A stretch of 64,000 nt of DNA from an uncultured Alphaproteobacteria bacterium (GCA_963739575.1 CAVUAQ010000005.1:55507-119506), one strand, 5' to 3'; positions 1-10,423 are shown, counted from the stretch's first letter. Notes: a model not told the origin generated them from the letters alone. Translations and numbers: made by a program.

Positions 1-448
1 AGGGCCCGTCGGCCCCCCGGCCACTGCGCAGCTGCGCGAGCAGCGCGCCGATCCGGCGCACGATGCGCATCCGGGGATAGAACGCCGCCTCGATCAGCGA
101 ATAGTCCGACCGGACCTGCGCCGGGATCGCGAGCCACAACGCCTTCAGGCTGTGATAGGCCGCGGCCACCACGAGGCAGTTGAAGAGGATGTGCACGATC
201 CCCCCGGCCGGCATCTCCGAGATCATCCAGAAGCCGATGCCCGTATCCATCTGGGCCAGCACCTCCCAATAGAAGGTCCGGAGCAGCACCACGAGATGCA
301 TGAGCAGCAATCCGGCCGCCAGATGGCGGATCAACCCGGTGCAGGTCAGGCTCAGCCGCAGATACCCGTAGGTCAAAAGCGCCGAGGCCGCGATCGCGGT
401 CAGGGCGAAGAGGTGATTGAGCACGTCATAGAATGTTTCGATGGTCAT
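1..448 (-). CDS. Hypothetical membrane protein, about 3 TM helices, runs off the window edge
   Basis: Not in the ORF track. Manual translation from ATG 448 gives MTIETFYDVLNHLFALTAIAASALLTYGYL...RTFYWEV...AAFYPRMR, open to base 1. The ATG overlaps the upstream stop (ATGA). Confidence 0.7.
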   Translation of the reverse strand, partial: MTIETFYDVLNHLFALTAIAASALLTYGYLRLSLTCTGLIRHLAAGLLLMHLVVLLRTFYWEVLAQMDTGIGFWMISEMPAGGIVHILFNCLVVAAAYHSLKALWLAIPAQVRSDYSLIEAAFYPRMRIVRRIGALLAQLRSGRGADGP

Positions 449-663
449 GATGTCTTCTTCTCGCTGGGCGATGCGGGATCGGCGGGCCGCTCGTCATCCT
501 CGTGACGGGCTTCGAGCAGGTCGAGCAGCGCCGCGTGCAGCAGCTCGTGCGCCTCGATGTTGCGGTATTCGGCCACCTTCAGGCTCTGTTCCAGAACCTC
601 GCGGTGATCCCGCCCGGGCCATCCCCACCGATCCCCATTCAGCCATCTTTCCAGTATCGACAC
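445..663 (-). CDS. Small hypothetical protein, about 72 aa
   Basis: 3' part of ORF 445..801. GTG start at 663 with GGAG about 9 nt upstream. The stop is coupled to the next gene. Confidence 0.55.
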   Translation of the reverse strand: MSILERWLNGDRWGWPGRDHREVLEQSLKVAEYRNIEAHELLHAALLDLLEARHEDDERPADPASPSEKKTS

Positions 664-802
664 GTCTGGCTGTCTCCGTTGCTGGCGGTTCTCGGGGGAG
701 CGCCGCAGATGAACGCCGGCCTTCCCGAGTGCGGCCATGGGACAAGCGCGAGGGTTACCGCACGGCTTGCCCACCGCGCGGTGCCGCCGGGCCCCGCGCA
801 CG

Positions 803-838
803 AAAAAACGCGCCGCGGATGCCGCGGCGCGTTCGTTT
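803..838 (-). terminator. Intrinsic terminator downstream of the MBL hydrolase
   Basis: AACGCGCCGCGG-ATG-CCGCGGCGCGTT perfect stem; A6 at 803-808 gives a U-tract on the minus strand. Confidence 0.8.
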
Positions 839-869
839 CGGCCCGATGGAGCGGCGCGCGCGGCGCCGA

Positions 870-1658
870 TCAGATCACGTCGGGATCGTACCAGTCGCCG
901 ATCTTCACCTCGGTCTCGGCATCGGTTTCGGCCAGGAGTTCGGCGAATCGCGCCGGGTCCTGCGTCCCGTCGTCCTTGCCCCGATAGTGATAGGGATAGA
1001 CGAAGGCCGGCTGGAACTCGGCCACCGCGTCGGCGGCCTGTTCGGCATCCATCGTATAGGGCAGGTTCATCGGCACGAAGGCCAGGAAGATCTCCTGCAG
1101 GCCGCGCATCTCGGGCGTCCCTTCGGTGTCGCCGGCGACATAGATGCGCCGCCCGCCGATCTCGAAGACATAGCCGTTGTCGCGCCCCTCGGGGTGGTAG
1201 TCGAGCCGCCCCTCGGTGATGTTGTAGGCCGGCACCGCCTCGAACTCGATGCCCAGCATGTCGGTGCTCTCGCCGTTGCCGATCTGCTGCGCCTTGGCCT
1301 TCAGATCCTCGGGCAGCATGTCATAGACCGCCGGGTTCGTCAGGATCTGCGTCTTGCCCGCGACGAGCGCCGACAGCGTCTCTGGCTCGTAATGATCGCC
1401 GTGCTCGTGGGTGATGAGGATCAGGTCCGGCTCGGGGAAGTCCGCGTATTGCGCCGGATCGCCGACCGGATCGGAATAGATCACCCCGGCCGGCGTCTCC
1501 ATCACGAAGCTCGCATGGCTGACCGGGTGCACGACGATGGCGCCGTCCTCCGTCTCGAAGCTGTTGGAGCCGCCCGCCTGCGCCAGAAGCGCCGTCGGCA
1601 GCACCGTCGTCGCACCCAGAGCCGCGCCGGTCGCGAGGAATGTCCGTCTGGTGGTCAT
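870..1658 (-). CDS. Tat-exported MBL-fold metallo-hydrolase
   Basis: TRRTFL twin-arginine signal; THEHGDH metal motif; YVAGDT; PYHY. Confidence 0.85.
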   Translation of the reverse strand: MTTRRTFLATGAALGATTVLPTALLAQAGGSNSFETEDGAIVVHPVSHASFVMETPAGVIYSDPVGDPAQYADFPEPDLILITHEHGDHYEPETLSALVAGKTQILTNPAVYDMLPEDLKAKAQQIGNGESTDMLGIEFEAVPAYNITEGRLDYHPEGRDNGYVFEIGGRRIYVAGDTEGTPEMRGLQEIFLAFVPMNLPYTMDAEQAADAVAEFQPAFVYPYHYRGKDDGTQDPARFAELLAETDAETEVKIGDWYDPDVI

Positions 1659-1825
1659 GTCTGTCCCTGTTCGTCGAGAATCCATCCGGTCATCTAGGGG
1701 GCGGTTCCCGGCCGTCACCTCACCTTGACGTCAGCCGCCCGCCGCGCGCCGGGCCGTCTGCCGCTGCGGCAAATGGCGCCTGGCGCGGCACCCGAGCGCC
1801 CCCGCATCCGTGACGGCGGCGGGGC

Positions 1826-1843
1826 GTGACAATGCCATGACAG
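1826..1843 (-). promoter_or_regulatory. PHO-box-like direct repeat
   Basis: Minus strand reads CTGTCAT-GGCA-TTGTCAC, matching PhoB consensus CTGTCAT-N4-CTGTCAY at 13 of 14 positions. Confidence 0.35.
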
Positions 1844-1884
1844 GTCCTTAAATGGGCGCCGTCCCTTGTGACGGAGCTCCACCC

Positions 1885-3381
1885 ATGACCGCGATGCCCC
1901 CGTGCCACCCGTTCGACGCCGGAGGCGGGGCGGAGCGTGGCTTGGACGACAAGCTGCACGAGGAATGTGGCGTCTTCGGCGTGACCGGCGTCGCCGACGC
2001 GGCCAATTTCGTGGCGCTCGGTCTCCATGCGCTGCAGCATCGCGGCCAGGAAGCGGGCGGCATCGTCAGTCACGATCCCGGCCACGGCTTCAACTCCGCC
2101 CGCCGGTTCGGCTATGTGCGCGACAATTTTACCGAGCAGTCGCTGATGGATACGCTGCCTGGGCCGCTCGCCATCGGCCATGTCCGCTATTCCACCACCG
2201 GCGCCAAGGGGTACACGCAGATCCGCGACGTGCAGCCGTTCTTCGGCGAGTTTTCCGCCGGCGGCGCGGCCATCGCCCATAACGGCAACATCGTCAACGC
2301 GGACGCGCTGCGCCGGGAACTGATCGACCGCGGCTCGATCTTCCAGTCCTCGAGCGATTCGGAATGCATCATCCACCTCATGGCCCGGTCGCTGCAGCGC
2401 AAGGTGCCCGACCGGATGCAGGATGCCCTGCGGCGGGTCGAGGGGGCCTTCTCCATCGTCGCCATGACCCGCACCAAGCTCATCGGCGTGCGCGACCCCC
2501 TGGGGGTGCGGCCGCTGGTGCTCGGCCGGCTCGGCCCCGAGGGCTGGATCCTGTCGTCCGAGACCTGCGCCCTCGACATCATCGGCGCCGAGTTCGTGCG
2601 CGAGGTCGAGCCCGGAGAGATGGTGGTCATCGAAGACGGCGTGCTGGTCTCGCACCGGCCCTTCGCGCCGGCCCGCCCGCGCTTTTGCGTCTTCGAGCAC
2701 GTCTACTTCTCGCGCCCGGATTCGATCCTCGGCGGCCGGTCGGTCTACGAGACGCGCCGCCAGATCGGCGCCGAACTGGCCCGCGAGGCGCCGGTGGAGG
2801 CTGACCTCGTCTGCCCGGTTCCCGATTCAGGCACCCCCGCCGCCATCGGCTACAGCCAGGAATCGGGCATCCCCTACGCCATGGGGATCATCCGCAACCA
2901 GTATGTCGGCCGCACCTTCATCGAGCCCACCGAGCAGATCCGCAACATGGGGGTGCGCCTCAAGCTCAACGTCAATCGCGGCCTGATCCGCGGCAAGCGC
3001 ATCGTGCTGGTCGACGATTCGGTGGTGCGCGGCACGACCTCGGTGAAGATCCGCGAGATGATGCTTGATGCCGGCGCCGCCGAGATCCATTTCCGCATCG
3101 CCTCGCCGCCCACGGCCTGGCCGTGCTTCTACGGCGTCGACACGCCCGAGCGCGAAAAGCTGCTGGCCAGTTCGATGACCGAGGAGCAGATGTGCCAGCA
3201 CCTCGCCGTCGATTCGCTGCGCTTCATCTCCCTCGACGGGCTCTACCGCGCCGCGGGCGAACCCGCCGGCCGCAACCCGGCCGCCCCGCAATATTGCGAC
3301 GCCTGCTTTTCGGGCGACTACCCCGTCGCGCCCACCGACCGGCTGGAGCGCGGCTTTCGCATGAAGGAACCGGCGGAGTGA
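1885..3381 (+). CDS. purF: Amidophosphoribosyltransferase
   Basis: EECGVFG (propeptide then catalytic Cys), LQHRGQE, HVRYST, VDDSVVRGTT PRPP loop. Start is 1885 or 1894. Confidence 0.97.
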   Translation: MTAMPPCHPFDAGGGAERGLDDKLHEECGVFGVTGVADAANFVALGLHALQHRGQEAGGIVSHDPGHGFNSARRFGYVRDNFTEQSLMDTLPGPLAIGHVRYSTTGAKGYTQIRDVQPFFGEFSAGGAAIAHNGNIVNADALRRELIDRGSIFQSSSDSECIIHLMARSLQRKVPDRMQDALRRVEGAFSIVAMTRTKLIGVRDPLGVRPLVLGRLGPEGWILSSETCALDIIGAEFVREVEPGEMVVIEDGVLVSHRPFAPARPRFCVFEHVYFSRPDSILGGRSVYETRRQIGAELAREAPVEADLVCPVPDSGTPAAIGYSQESGIPYAMGIIRNQYVGRTFIEPTEQIRNMGVRLKLNVNRGLIRGKRIVLVDDSVVRGTTSVKIREMMLDAGAAEIHFRIASPPTAWPCFYGVDTPEREKLLASSMTEEQMCQHLAVDSLRFISLDGLYRAAGEPAGRNPAAPQYCDACFSGDYPVAPTDRLERGFRMKEPAE

Positions 3382-3439
3382 TGCGGCCCCCGCTCCGACA
3401 CAGCGGCGCGGCTGCTTCCGCGCGCTCCCTGGGGATCAG

Positions 3440-3928
3440 ATGACGGCGCAACCGGGTCCGATGGAAATCCGACGGAAGTCCGATGGAAATCCGATACAGC
3501 CCCTGCGCTTCCGGCCGCACCATTTCCTCTGCGCCCTGGGCTTTCGCGGCAAGGGCTATTCGGACGCCTTCACGGCCGGCATGGCCCGCCACGTCGCCCT
3601 GCTCCGGTCCGATCCCGCCACCATGATCGAGGTCGTCCCCGGCATCGACGCGATCTGCGGCCCCTGCCCGAAACGGTCGGGATCGCAATGCTTTAGCCAG
3701 GAAAAGATCGACCGTCTGGACGCCGCGCACGCGGCCGCGCTGGGCCTTTCTCCGGGCGACAGGCTGAGCTGGGCCGAGGCCCTTGATCGCATCCGCGCAG
3801 CCGTCAGGCCGAGCGATCTGGCCTCCCTGTGCGCCGGCTGCCGCTGGCTCTCCCTCGGCCTCTGCGAATCCGCCCTCACCCGCCTCCACGCCGCCCGCCC
3901 CACCGGCGAGCGGCATGGAAGCGACTGA
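3440..3928 (+). CDS. DUF1284 family Cys/His-rich protein
   Basis: RPHHFLCALGFRGKGYS, DAICGPCP, CAGCRW; GGGGA RBS before ATG 3440. Confidence 0.8.
   Translation: MTAQPGPMEIRRKSDGNPIQPLRFRPHHFLCALGFRGKGYSDAFTAGMARHVALLRSDPATMIEVVPGIDAICGPCPKRSGSQCFSQEKIDRLDAAHAAALGLSPGDRLSWAEALDRIRAAVRPSDLASLCAGCRWLSLGLCESALTRLHAARPTGERHGSD
3457..3497 (+). repeat. Four-copy 11-bp TCCGAY array, locus 1
   Basis: TCCGATGGAAA TCCGACGGAAG TCCGATGGAAA TCCGATAC. Confidence 0.85.
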
Positions 3929-3938
3929 TATAGCGAGC

Positions 3939-4499
3939 TTATTTGCGGCTGGCGCTCCATCCGCCCGCGACGATCAGTGCCGCCAGAGCCGATTTCACCA
4001 GATCGCCGATCAGGAACGGCACCATCCCCGCCATCACCGCGCCCTGCAGATCGAGCGGCGTCGCCGCCCAGAGCCAGGCCACCCCCGGCACGAACAGCAG
4101 CGTGCCCGGCACGATCGCCGCGGCGAACATCCGCCCAAAGCCCCGCGCCATGCCGCGTTCCGCCAGAAGCCCCGTCAGCGCCGCCATCGCCACGAAGCCC
4201 CACAGGAACCCCGCCGTCGGCCCGAAAAGATGCACAAGCCCCCCGGATCCGCCGGCAAAGACCGGCAGGCCCATCGCGCCCTCGGCCAGATAGGTCAGCA
4301 GCGCCGCCCCCGCGAGCCGCGCCCCGAGTGTCAGGCCCACGACCGAAATTGCCAGGGTCTGCAGGGACATGGGAACCGGGACCATCGGCACCTCGACCTG
4401 CGCGGCAAGGCCCACCAGCGCCGAGGCGCCGACGACGAGAAGAATGCTCTGCCACATCGCGCGGTCATGGCGGCGAAGCAGCGGCGTGTGCGTGGTCAT
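3939..4499 (-). CDS. bioY: Biotin transporter BioY, solitary
   Basis: PVPMSLQT, GLPVFAGG, GPTAGFLWGF, PFLIGDLVK. Confidence 0.92.
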   Translation of the reverse strand: MTTHTPLLRRHDRAMWQSILLVVGASALVGLAAQVEVPMVPVPMSLQTLAISVVGLTLGARLAGAALLTYLAEGAMGLPVFAGGSGGLVHLFGPTAGFLWGFVAMAALTGLLAERGMARGFGRMFAAAIVPGTLLFVPGVAWLWAATPLDLQGAVMAGMVPFLIGDLVKSALAALIVAGGWSASRK

Positions 4500-4557
4500 G
4501 GCCGTCTCCTGTCAGCAATTCGGCTCCGTTCTTCACGCAAGCATCCGCGCCGTCAAT

Positions 4558-4601
4558 CCCTTGCCATCGGCCGGCCCAGCCCTTGCCATCGGCCGGCCCA
4601 G
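4558..4601. repeat. Perfect 22-bp tandem duplication in the divergent bioY/SDR intergenic region
   Basis: CCCTTGCCATCGGCCGGCCCAG x2. Confidence 0.9.
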
Positions 4602-4617
4602 TGCCCAAGACGGCCGC

Positions 4618-5259
4618 ATGACGAAGCTCGCCCTCATCACCGGCGCGTCCCGCGGCCTCGGGGCCGCCCTGGCCCTGGCGGTCTCCGCGACGCACCACGT
4701 CGTGGCCGTCGCCCGCACCATCGGCGGGCTCGAGGAGCTCGACGACCGGATCGGCGCCGCCGGCGGTCAGGCGACCCTGGCGCCCATGGACGTGACCGAT
4801 CCCGACGCCATGGCGCATCTCTGCCGCGGCATCCACGACCGCTGGGGTCATGCCGATCTGTGGTGCCACACCGCCATCCACGCCGCGCCTCTGTCTCCGG
4901 CCGCCCACGTGGCCCCCAAGGACTGGGACCGCAGCGTCGCCGTCAACGCCACCGCCACCGCGACGCTGATCCGCATGGTCGAGCCGCTGCTGCTGACCGC
5001 TCCGGCCGGCCGCGCAGTCTTCTTCGACGATCCGCGCGCCGGCCAGAAGTTCTTCGGCGCCTATGGTGCCACGAAGGCCGCGCAGATGGCGCTCGTCCGG
5101 TCCTGGGCGGCGGAGACCGTATCGACGGGCCCGGCGGTCGCGATCCTCGAGCCGAGGCCACTGCCCACCGCGACGCGCGCCCGGTTCTTCCCCGGCGAGG
5201 ATCGCACCGGCCTCGGCGATCCGCACGAGGAGGCGCGCCGCCTGCTGGCGCAGCTTTGA
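4618..5259 (+). CDS. SDR family oxidoreductase
   Basis: TGASRGLG, YGATK. Confidence 0.88.
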   Translation: MTKLALITGASRGLGAALALAVSATHHVVAVARTIGGLEELDDRIGAAGGQATLAPMDVTDPDAMAHLCRGIHDRWGHADLWCHTAIHAAPLSPAAHVAPKDWDRSVAVNATATATLIRMVEPLLLTAPAGRAVFFDDPRAGQKFFGAYGATKAAQMALVRSWAAETVSTGPAVAILEPRPLPTATRARFFPGEDRTGLGDPHEEARRLLAQL

Positions 5260-5343
5260 GCGCTCCCTCGGGGTCGCCCGCCCCGGCCGCCGCGCTTGTT
5301 GCCGGAGCCGCCATCGCCTAGGACAACCTCGAAAGGGGACGGC

Positions 5344-6126
5344 ATGCGCATTCTCATCACCAATGACGACGGCATTGCCGCCCGCGGCCTGAAGGTGCTC
5401 GATCAGCTCGCCCACGAGATCGCCGGCACGGACGGCGAGGTCTGGACGGTGGCGCCGGCCTTCGAGCAGTCGGGCGTCGGGCACTGCATCTCCTATGCCC
5501 GGCCAGCAATGGTCAGCCAGCTCGACACGCGCCGCTTCGCGGTGGAGGGCTCGCCCGCCGATTGCGTGCTGGCGGCGCTCTACGACATCCTGCCGGGCCG
5601 GCCGGACCTCGTCCTCTCGGGCGTCAACCGCGGCAACAACGCGGCCGAGAACGTCATGTATTCGGGCACCGTGGGCGCGGCGCTGGAAGGGGCGCTGCAG
5701 AACCTGCCGGCGGTCGCCCTCAGCCAGTATTTCGGGCCCGACAATGCCGGGCTCGACGACCCGTTCGAGGCGGCGCGGCGCTACGGGGTGGAGACGCTGC
5801 GGGCGCTTCTCGACAAGGCGGACTGGGACGATGCGCCCTATCGGCTGTTCTACAACGTCAATTTCCCGCCCTGCCCGGCCGACGCGGTGCGCGGCCGCAG
5901 GATCACCAGCCAGGGCCGGCGCCCGGACGCCGATCACGGCATGACGCCGCATGTCTCGCCCTCGGGCCGCCGCTTCCTCTACGTCACCGGCAGCCCGCAG
6001 CAGACGCCCACCGGCCCCGGCACCGACGCCACCGCCAATCTGGAGAACCGCATCTCGATCACGCCGATGCGCGCCGACCTGACCGCGCATGACCGGATCG
6101 AGGCGCTGCGGGCGGCGCTCGAATGA
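5344..6126 (+). CDS. surE: 5'/3'-nucleotidase SurE
   Basis: [26 protein letters not shown]. Confidence 0.97.
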   Translation: MRILITNDDGIAARGLKVLDQLAHEIAGTDGEVWTVAPAFEQSGVGHCISYARPAMVSQLDTRRFAVEGSPADCVLAALYDILPGRPDLVLSGVNRGNNAAENVMYSGTVGAALEGALQNLPAVALSQYFGPDNAGLDDPFEAARRYGVETLRALLDKADWDDAPYRLFYNVNFPPCPADAVRGRRITSQGRRPDADHGMTPHVSPSGRRFLYVTGSPQQTPTGPGTDATANLENRISITPMRADLTAHDRIEALRAALE

Positions 6127-6764
6127 GCTACGATGCGGAGCGGCGGATGCAGTTCCTGTTCCAGATCCGCTCGCGCGGCGTCACCGACCGGACCGTGCTC
6201 GACGCGATGGAGAAGGTCGATCGCGGCGTCTTCGTGCGCGGCATCTTCGCCGATCGCGCCTACGAGGACATGCCGCTGCCGATCGCCTGCGGCCAGACCA
6301 TCTCGCAGCCCTCGGTCGTCGGGCTGATGACCCAGGCGCTCGAATTGAGCGGGCGCGACAAGGTGCTCGAGATCGGCACCGGGTCGGGCTATCAGGCGGC
6401 GATCCTGAGCCACCTGGCGCGGCGCGTCTATACGATCGACCGGCACCGCAGCCTCGCCAGTGCGGCGCAGGCGCTGCTGACCGAGCTCGGCATCTCCAAC
6501 GTCACCGTGCTCGCTGCCGACGGCAGCCGCGGCCTGCCCGAGCAGGCGCCGTTCGACCGCATCCTGGTGACCGCCGCCGCCGAGGATCCGCCGGGGCCCC
6601 TATTGGCCCAGCTGCGCATCGACGGTATCATGGTGGTGCCGGTGGGGCAGTCCGACCACGTGCAGACCCTGATCAAGGTGACGCGCACGGAAGATGGCTT
6701 CGACTATGCCGAGCTGAAACCCGTCCGCTTCGTGCCGCTGATCGAGGGGATGGGACGCGATTGA
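6123..6764 (+). CDS. pcm: Protein-L-isoaspartate O-methyltransferase
   Basis: [21 protein letters not shown]; follows surE. Confidence 0.97.
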   Translation: MSYDAERRMQFLFQIRSRGVTDRTVLDAMEKVDRGVFVRGIFADRAYEDMPLPIACGQTISQPSVVGLMTQALELSGRDKVLEIGTGSGYQAAILSHLARRVYTIDRHRSLASAAQALLTELGISNVTVLAADGSRGLPEQAPFDRILVTAAAEDPPGPLLAQLRIDGIMVVPVGQSDHVQTLIKVTRTEDGFDYAELKPVRFVPLIEGMGRD

Positions 6765-6816
6765 CCGCCACAGGTGCCCGACAAGAGGCGCCGGCCTGAG
6801 GACAAGGACGAGCAGC

Positions 6817-7953
6817 ATGGCAAGGCTTTCCCGAGGCGCGATCCTCGCATCGACACTGGCCGCGCTCGGCGCGTGCGGGCAAGACGGCACCTTCGATCTC
6901 GACCTGCGCGACAATCTGGGGCGCGCCTTCGACACCTCGCCCGCCGTCGCGCAGCAGGTCGCGGCGCGGCCGCGGCCCGACAATCGCGGCGTCATCTCCT
7001 ATCCCGGCTATCAGGTGGCCGTCGCCGGGGGCGGCGACACGGTCGCCACCGTCGCCGGCCGTGTCGGCCTGCCGGCCGAGGAGGTCGCCCGCTTCAACGG
7101 CGTGCCGCCCTCCGCCCCCCTGCGCCAGGGCGAGGTCGTGGCGCTGCCGCGCCGCGTCGCCGAGCCGTCGCCGGCCACCGGCAGCCCCACGACCGGACCG
7201 ATCCGGCCGGCGGCGCCGATCACCGCGACGCCGCTCGAGGACCGCGCCGCCGCCGCCATTGCCCGCGCCGACGGGACCAGCCGCGCCGAGCCCGTGCGCC
7301 ACCGGGTCGCCCGCGGCGAGACGGCGTTCTCCATCGCGCGCCGCTACGGCGTTCCGGTGCAGGCGCTGGCCCAGTGGAACGGGCTCGACGCCAACATGAC
7401 GGTGCGCGAGGGCCGCTATCTGCTCATCCCGCAGGCCAGCCCGGCCCGCATCCCGCAGAGCCAGCCGGGCGAGGGCACCGCGGTGCCGCCGCCGCCCTCC
7501 GCCGCCAAGCCGCTCCCCGAGGAGAACTCGACCCAGGACCCGCCGGAGGCTCTGCCCGAGACGGAGTCCATGGCCGATCAGGTGACCCCCGAATCGGCCT
7601 CGGGCGCGCGCCTCGCCTATCCGGTCGAGGGGCGCGTGATCCGCGCGTTCAGGAAGGGCACGAATGACGGCATCGACATCGCCGCGGCGCCCGGCACGCC
7701 GGTTCGCGCCGCCGGTGCCGGCACCGTCGCGGCGATCACCCGCGACACCGATCAGGTGCCGATCCTGGTGCTGCGCCACGAGGGCGGGCTTCTGACCGTC
7801 TATGCCGGCGTCACCGACGTCTCCGTCGAGAAGGGCGACCGGGTGAGCCGCGGCCAGAGCATCGCCGCGATCCGCGCCATCGACCCGGCCTTCCTGCATT
7901 TCGAGGTGCGCGAGGGCTTCGACAGCGTCGATCCCTCCGACTATCTCGACTGA
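6817..7953 (+). CDS. nlpD: NlpD-like LysM/M23 lipoprotein
   Basis: Lipobox LGAC, LysM repeats, degenerate M23 (NDGID, LHFEVR); surE-pcm-nlpD synteny. Confidence 0.85.
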   Translation: MARLSRGAILASTLAALGACGQDGTFDLDLRDNLGRAFDTSPAVAQQVAARPRPDNRGVISYPGYQVAVAGGGDTVATVAGRVGLPAEEVARFNGVPPSAPLRQGEVVALPRRVAEPSPATGSPTTGPIRPAAPITATPLEDRAAAAIARADGTSRAEPVRHRVARGETAFSIARRYGVPVQALAQWNGLDANMTVREGRYLLIPQASPARIPQSQPGEGTAVPPPPSAAKPLPEENSTQDPPEALPETESMADQVTPESASGARLAYPVEGRVIRAFRKGTNDGIDIAAAPGTPVRAAGAGTVAAITRDTDQVPILVLRHEGGLLTVYAGVTDVSVEKGDRVSRGQSIAAIRAIDPAFLHFEVREGFDSVDPSDYLD

Positions 7954-9380
7954 TCCGCCACCAGCGGCCAGAAGGCGCGGAACCGCTCCACCGCCGCCGC
8001 GCAAGCCGGCCGCGCCGCCTCGTCGGGGGCGACGCGCCGCGTCTCGGGGCCCCTCAGCACCTCCGCCGCGGGCCGGCCGTCTCCCAGCATCGCCAGCCGC
8101 GCGGCGCCCATCGCCGTGCCGCCCGTCGCATCCGTCGCCACCGCGATCTCGCGGCCGAGCACCGTCGCCAGGATCCGCAGCCACAGCTCCGACCGGGTGC
8201 CGCCGCCGATCACCAGCGGCCGGCCGAGCGGCGCGCCCCGCTCCATCGCCGCGACGGCCTCGTGAAGCGCCAGCGAGATCCCCTCGAGCATCGCCAGCAT
8301 GAGGTCGGCGCCGTCGGTCTCGGGCCCGAGGCCGAGAAGCGCGCCGCGCCCCGCCGGTGCCGGCCTGGGGCTGCGCGCCCCGTCGAGATAGGGCAGCGCC
8401 AGAACCCGCCCCGGCCCCGGCCAATCGCGCTCCGCGATCTCGGCCAGAAGCTCGGGCGCCGGGCGGCCGAGCAGGCCCGAGAGCCAGTCGATCGCCGACC
8501 CGCAGTTCAGGATCGCCCCCATGCGGTACCAGAAGCCCGGCAGGGCGTGGGCGAAATGATGCAGGCCCGGCGCATCGGGCGGCGCGTAGCGCTCCGAGGC
8601 GGACATGCAGAGCGCGCCGGTGCCGAGCGAGATCATCGTGCGCCCCGCCTCCACCGGGCCGGTGGCGAGCGCCCCGGCCGGCGTGTCGGCCGCCCCGGCG
8701 ACGACCTCCACCGCCGGCAGGCCCAGCGCCTCGGCCACCTCCTTTCGGAGCCGGCCCGCCGCCCCGGCGGAGGGCAGGATCGGCGGCAGCGCCGCCACAT
8801 CGATGCCCGCCGCCGCAGCCATGTCGCCCGACCAGTCGAGGCGCGCCTGGTCGAACAATTGCGTGCCCGCGGCGTCGGAGGGGTCGGTGGCCCAGTCGCC
8901 GGTCAGCCACAGCCGCAGGTAATCCTTGGGCAGCAGGATCCGCCGGATGGCGGCGAGCGTCGCGGGTTCGGCGCCGGCCAGCCAGTGCAGCTTTGCCGCA
9001 GTGAAGCTCGCCATCGGCGCCGCGCCGGTGATGGCGGCGGTCTCGGCCGGCGCGGCATCGGCCCAGGCCGCACCGCGCCCGTCGTTCCACAGGATCGCCG
9101 GACGCACCGGCCGGTCGCGGCCGTCGAGCGCCACGAGCGAGTGCATCTGTCCGGCGAGGCCGATCGCCCGAAGATCGCGCGACAGCGCCGGAACCGCTTC
9201 CCGCGCCTCGGCCACGGCGCGCTTGCAGGCGTCGATCCAGATGTCGGGATCCTGTTCCGACCGCCCCGGTCCGGGCCGGTCCGCGGCGTATCCTCCCCTT
9301 GTTTCGGCCAGAACGCCACCCGCCGCGTCGACGACCAACGCCTTCAGCCCCGACGTGCCGAGATCGAGCCCCAGATACAT
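7941..9380 (-). CDS. xylB: Xylulokinase / FGGY carbohydrate kinase
   Basis: [32 protein letters not shown]. Confidence 0.85.
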   Translation of the reverse strand: MYLGLDLGTSGLKALVVDAAGGVLAETRGGYAADRPGPGRSEQDPDIWIDACKRAVAEAREAVPALSRDLRAIGLAGQMHSLVALDGRDRPVRPAILWNDGRGAAWADAAPAETAAITGAAPMASFTAAKLHWLAGAEPATLAAIRRILLPKDYLRLWLTGDWATDPSDAAGTQLFDQARLDWSGDMAAAAGIDVAALPPILPSAGAAGRLRKEVAEALGLPAVEVVAGAADTPAGALATGPVEAGRTMISLGTGALCMSASERYAPPDAPGLHHFAHALPGFWYRMGAILNCGSAIDWLSGLLGRPAPELLAEIAERDWPGPGRVLALPYLDGARSPRPAPAGRGALLGLGPETDGADLMLAMLEGISLALHEAVAAMERGAPLGRPLVIGGGTRSELWLRILATVLGREIAVATDATGGTAMGAARLAMLGDGRPAAEVLRGPETRRVAPDEAARPACAAAVERFRAFWPLVADQSR

Positions 9381-9452
9381 GCCATCCTCCACTGGCCGCA
9401 GACGCGGATCGCGTCTAGACTAGGTTCCGAGACTAGCGGAGGTGAGGACGAC

Positions 9453-10385
9453 ATGGCCAGCAAGCTCGACCGGCTGCGTGAGATGACGGTGGTGGTCGCC
9501 GATACCGGCGACGTGGAGGCGGTGCGGCGGCTGAAGCCGGAGGATTGCACGACCAATCCCTCCCTGGTGCTGAAGGCGGCCGGATCGAAGTATTTCGCCA
9601 CCACCGTCGACGACACGATCCGCGCCCATGCGGGCAAGTCGTCCGCCGAGATCGCCGACGCCCTGACCGTCGCCGTCGGGACCGAACTTACCGGGATCGT
9701 GCCCGGCCGGGTCTCGACCGAGGTGGATGCGCGGCTGAGCTTCGACGCGGAAGCCGCCTTCGACAAGGCCCGGCGCCTGGTCGACGCCTACGACGCCAAG
9801 GGCATCGGCCGCGAGCGCATCCTGATCAAGCTCGCCTCCACCTGGGAGGGGATCCGCGCCGCGGAGCGGCTGCAGAAGGAGGGCATCGACTGCAACCTGA
9901 CGCTGCTTTTCTCGATGGCGCAGGCGAAGGCCTGCGCCGATGCCGGCGCCTTCCTGATCTCGCCCTTCGTCGGCCGCATAACCGACTGGTACAAGGCGGC
10001 GGAGGGGCGCGACAGCTATCCGCCCGACGAGGATCCGGGCGTGCAATCGGTGCGCCACATCTACGATTATTACAAGTCGAACGGCATCGACACGGTGGTC
10101 ATGGGCGCCTCGTTCCGCACCGCCGCGCAGGTCGAGGCGCTAGCGGGCTGCGACCGGCTGACGATCTCGCCCGACATCCTCGACACGCTCAACGGCGACG
10201 AGGGCGAGCTGCCGCGGCAGCTGACGCCAACCGATGCGACCGGCCGCGCCGATCCCATCGACGAGCCGGACTTCCGCTGGGAGCTGAACGAGGATGCCAT
10301 GGCGACCGAGAAGTTGGCCGAGGGCATCCGCAAGTTCCACGCCGACGCCATGAAGCTCGAGAAGATGATCGACGAGCGCCTCTGA
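9453..10385 (+). CDS. tal: Transaldolase
   Basis: 3' part of ORF 8262..10385: [31 protein letters not shown]; GGAGG/GAGG RBS. Confidence 0.96.
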   Translation: MASKLDRLREMTVVVADTGDVEAVRRLKPEDCTTNPSLVLKAAGSKYFATTVDDTIRAHAGKSSAEIADALTVAVGTELTGIVPGRVSTEVDARLSFDAEAAFDKARRLVDAYDAKGIGRERILIKLASTWEGIRAAERLQKEGIDCNLTLLFSMAQAKACADAGAFLISPFVGRITDWYKAAEGRDSYPPDEDPGVQSVRHIYDYYKSNGIDTVVMGASFRTAAQVEALAGCDRLTISPDILDTLNGDEGELPRQLTPTDATGRADPIDEPDFRWELNEDAMATEKLAEGIRKFHADAMKLEKMIDERL

Positions 10386-10423
10386 GCGCTCCGGCGCGGC
10401 GCGGACGGCCGCTCGTCAGGCCG

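Noticed and set aside
6817-7953. M23 domain lacking Zn ligands as a novel pseudo-enzyme
   Set aside because: Degenerate LytM domains are the established norm for NlpD/DipM-type proteins.
8262-9452. N-terminally extended 707-aa transaldolase
   Set aside because: The extension is antisense to xylB; a good RBS and ATG lie at 9453.
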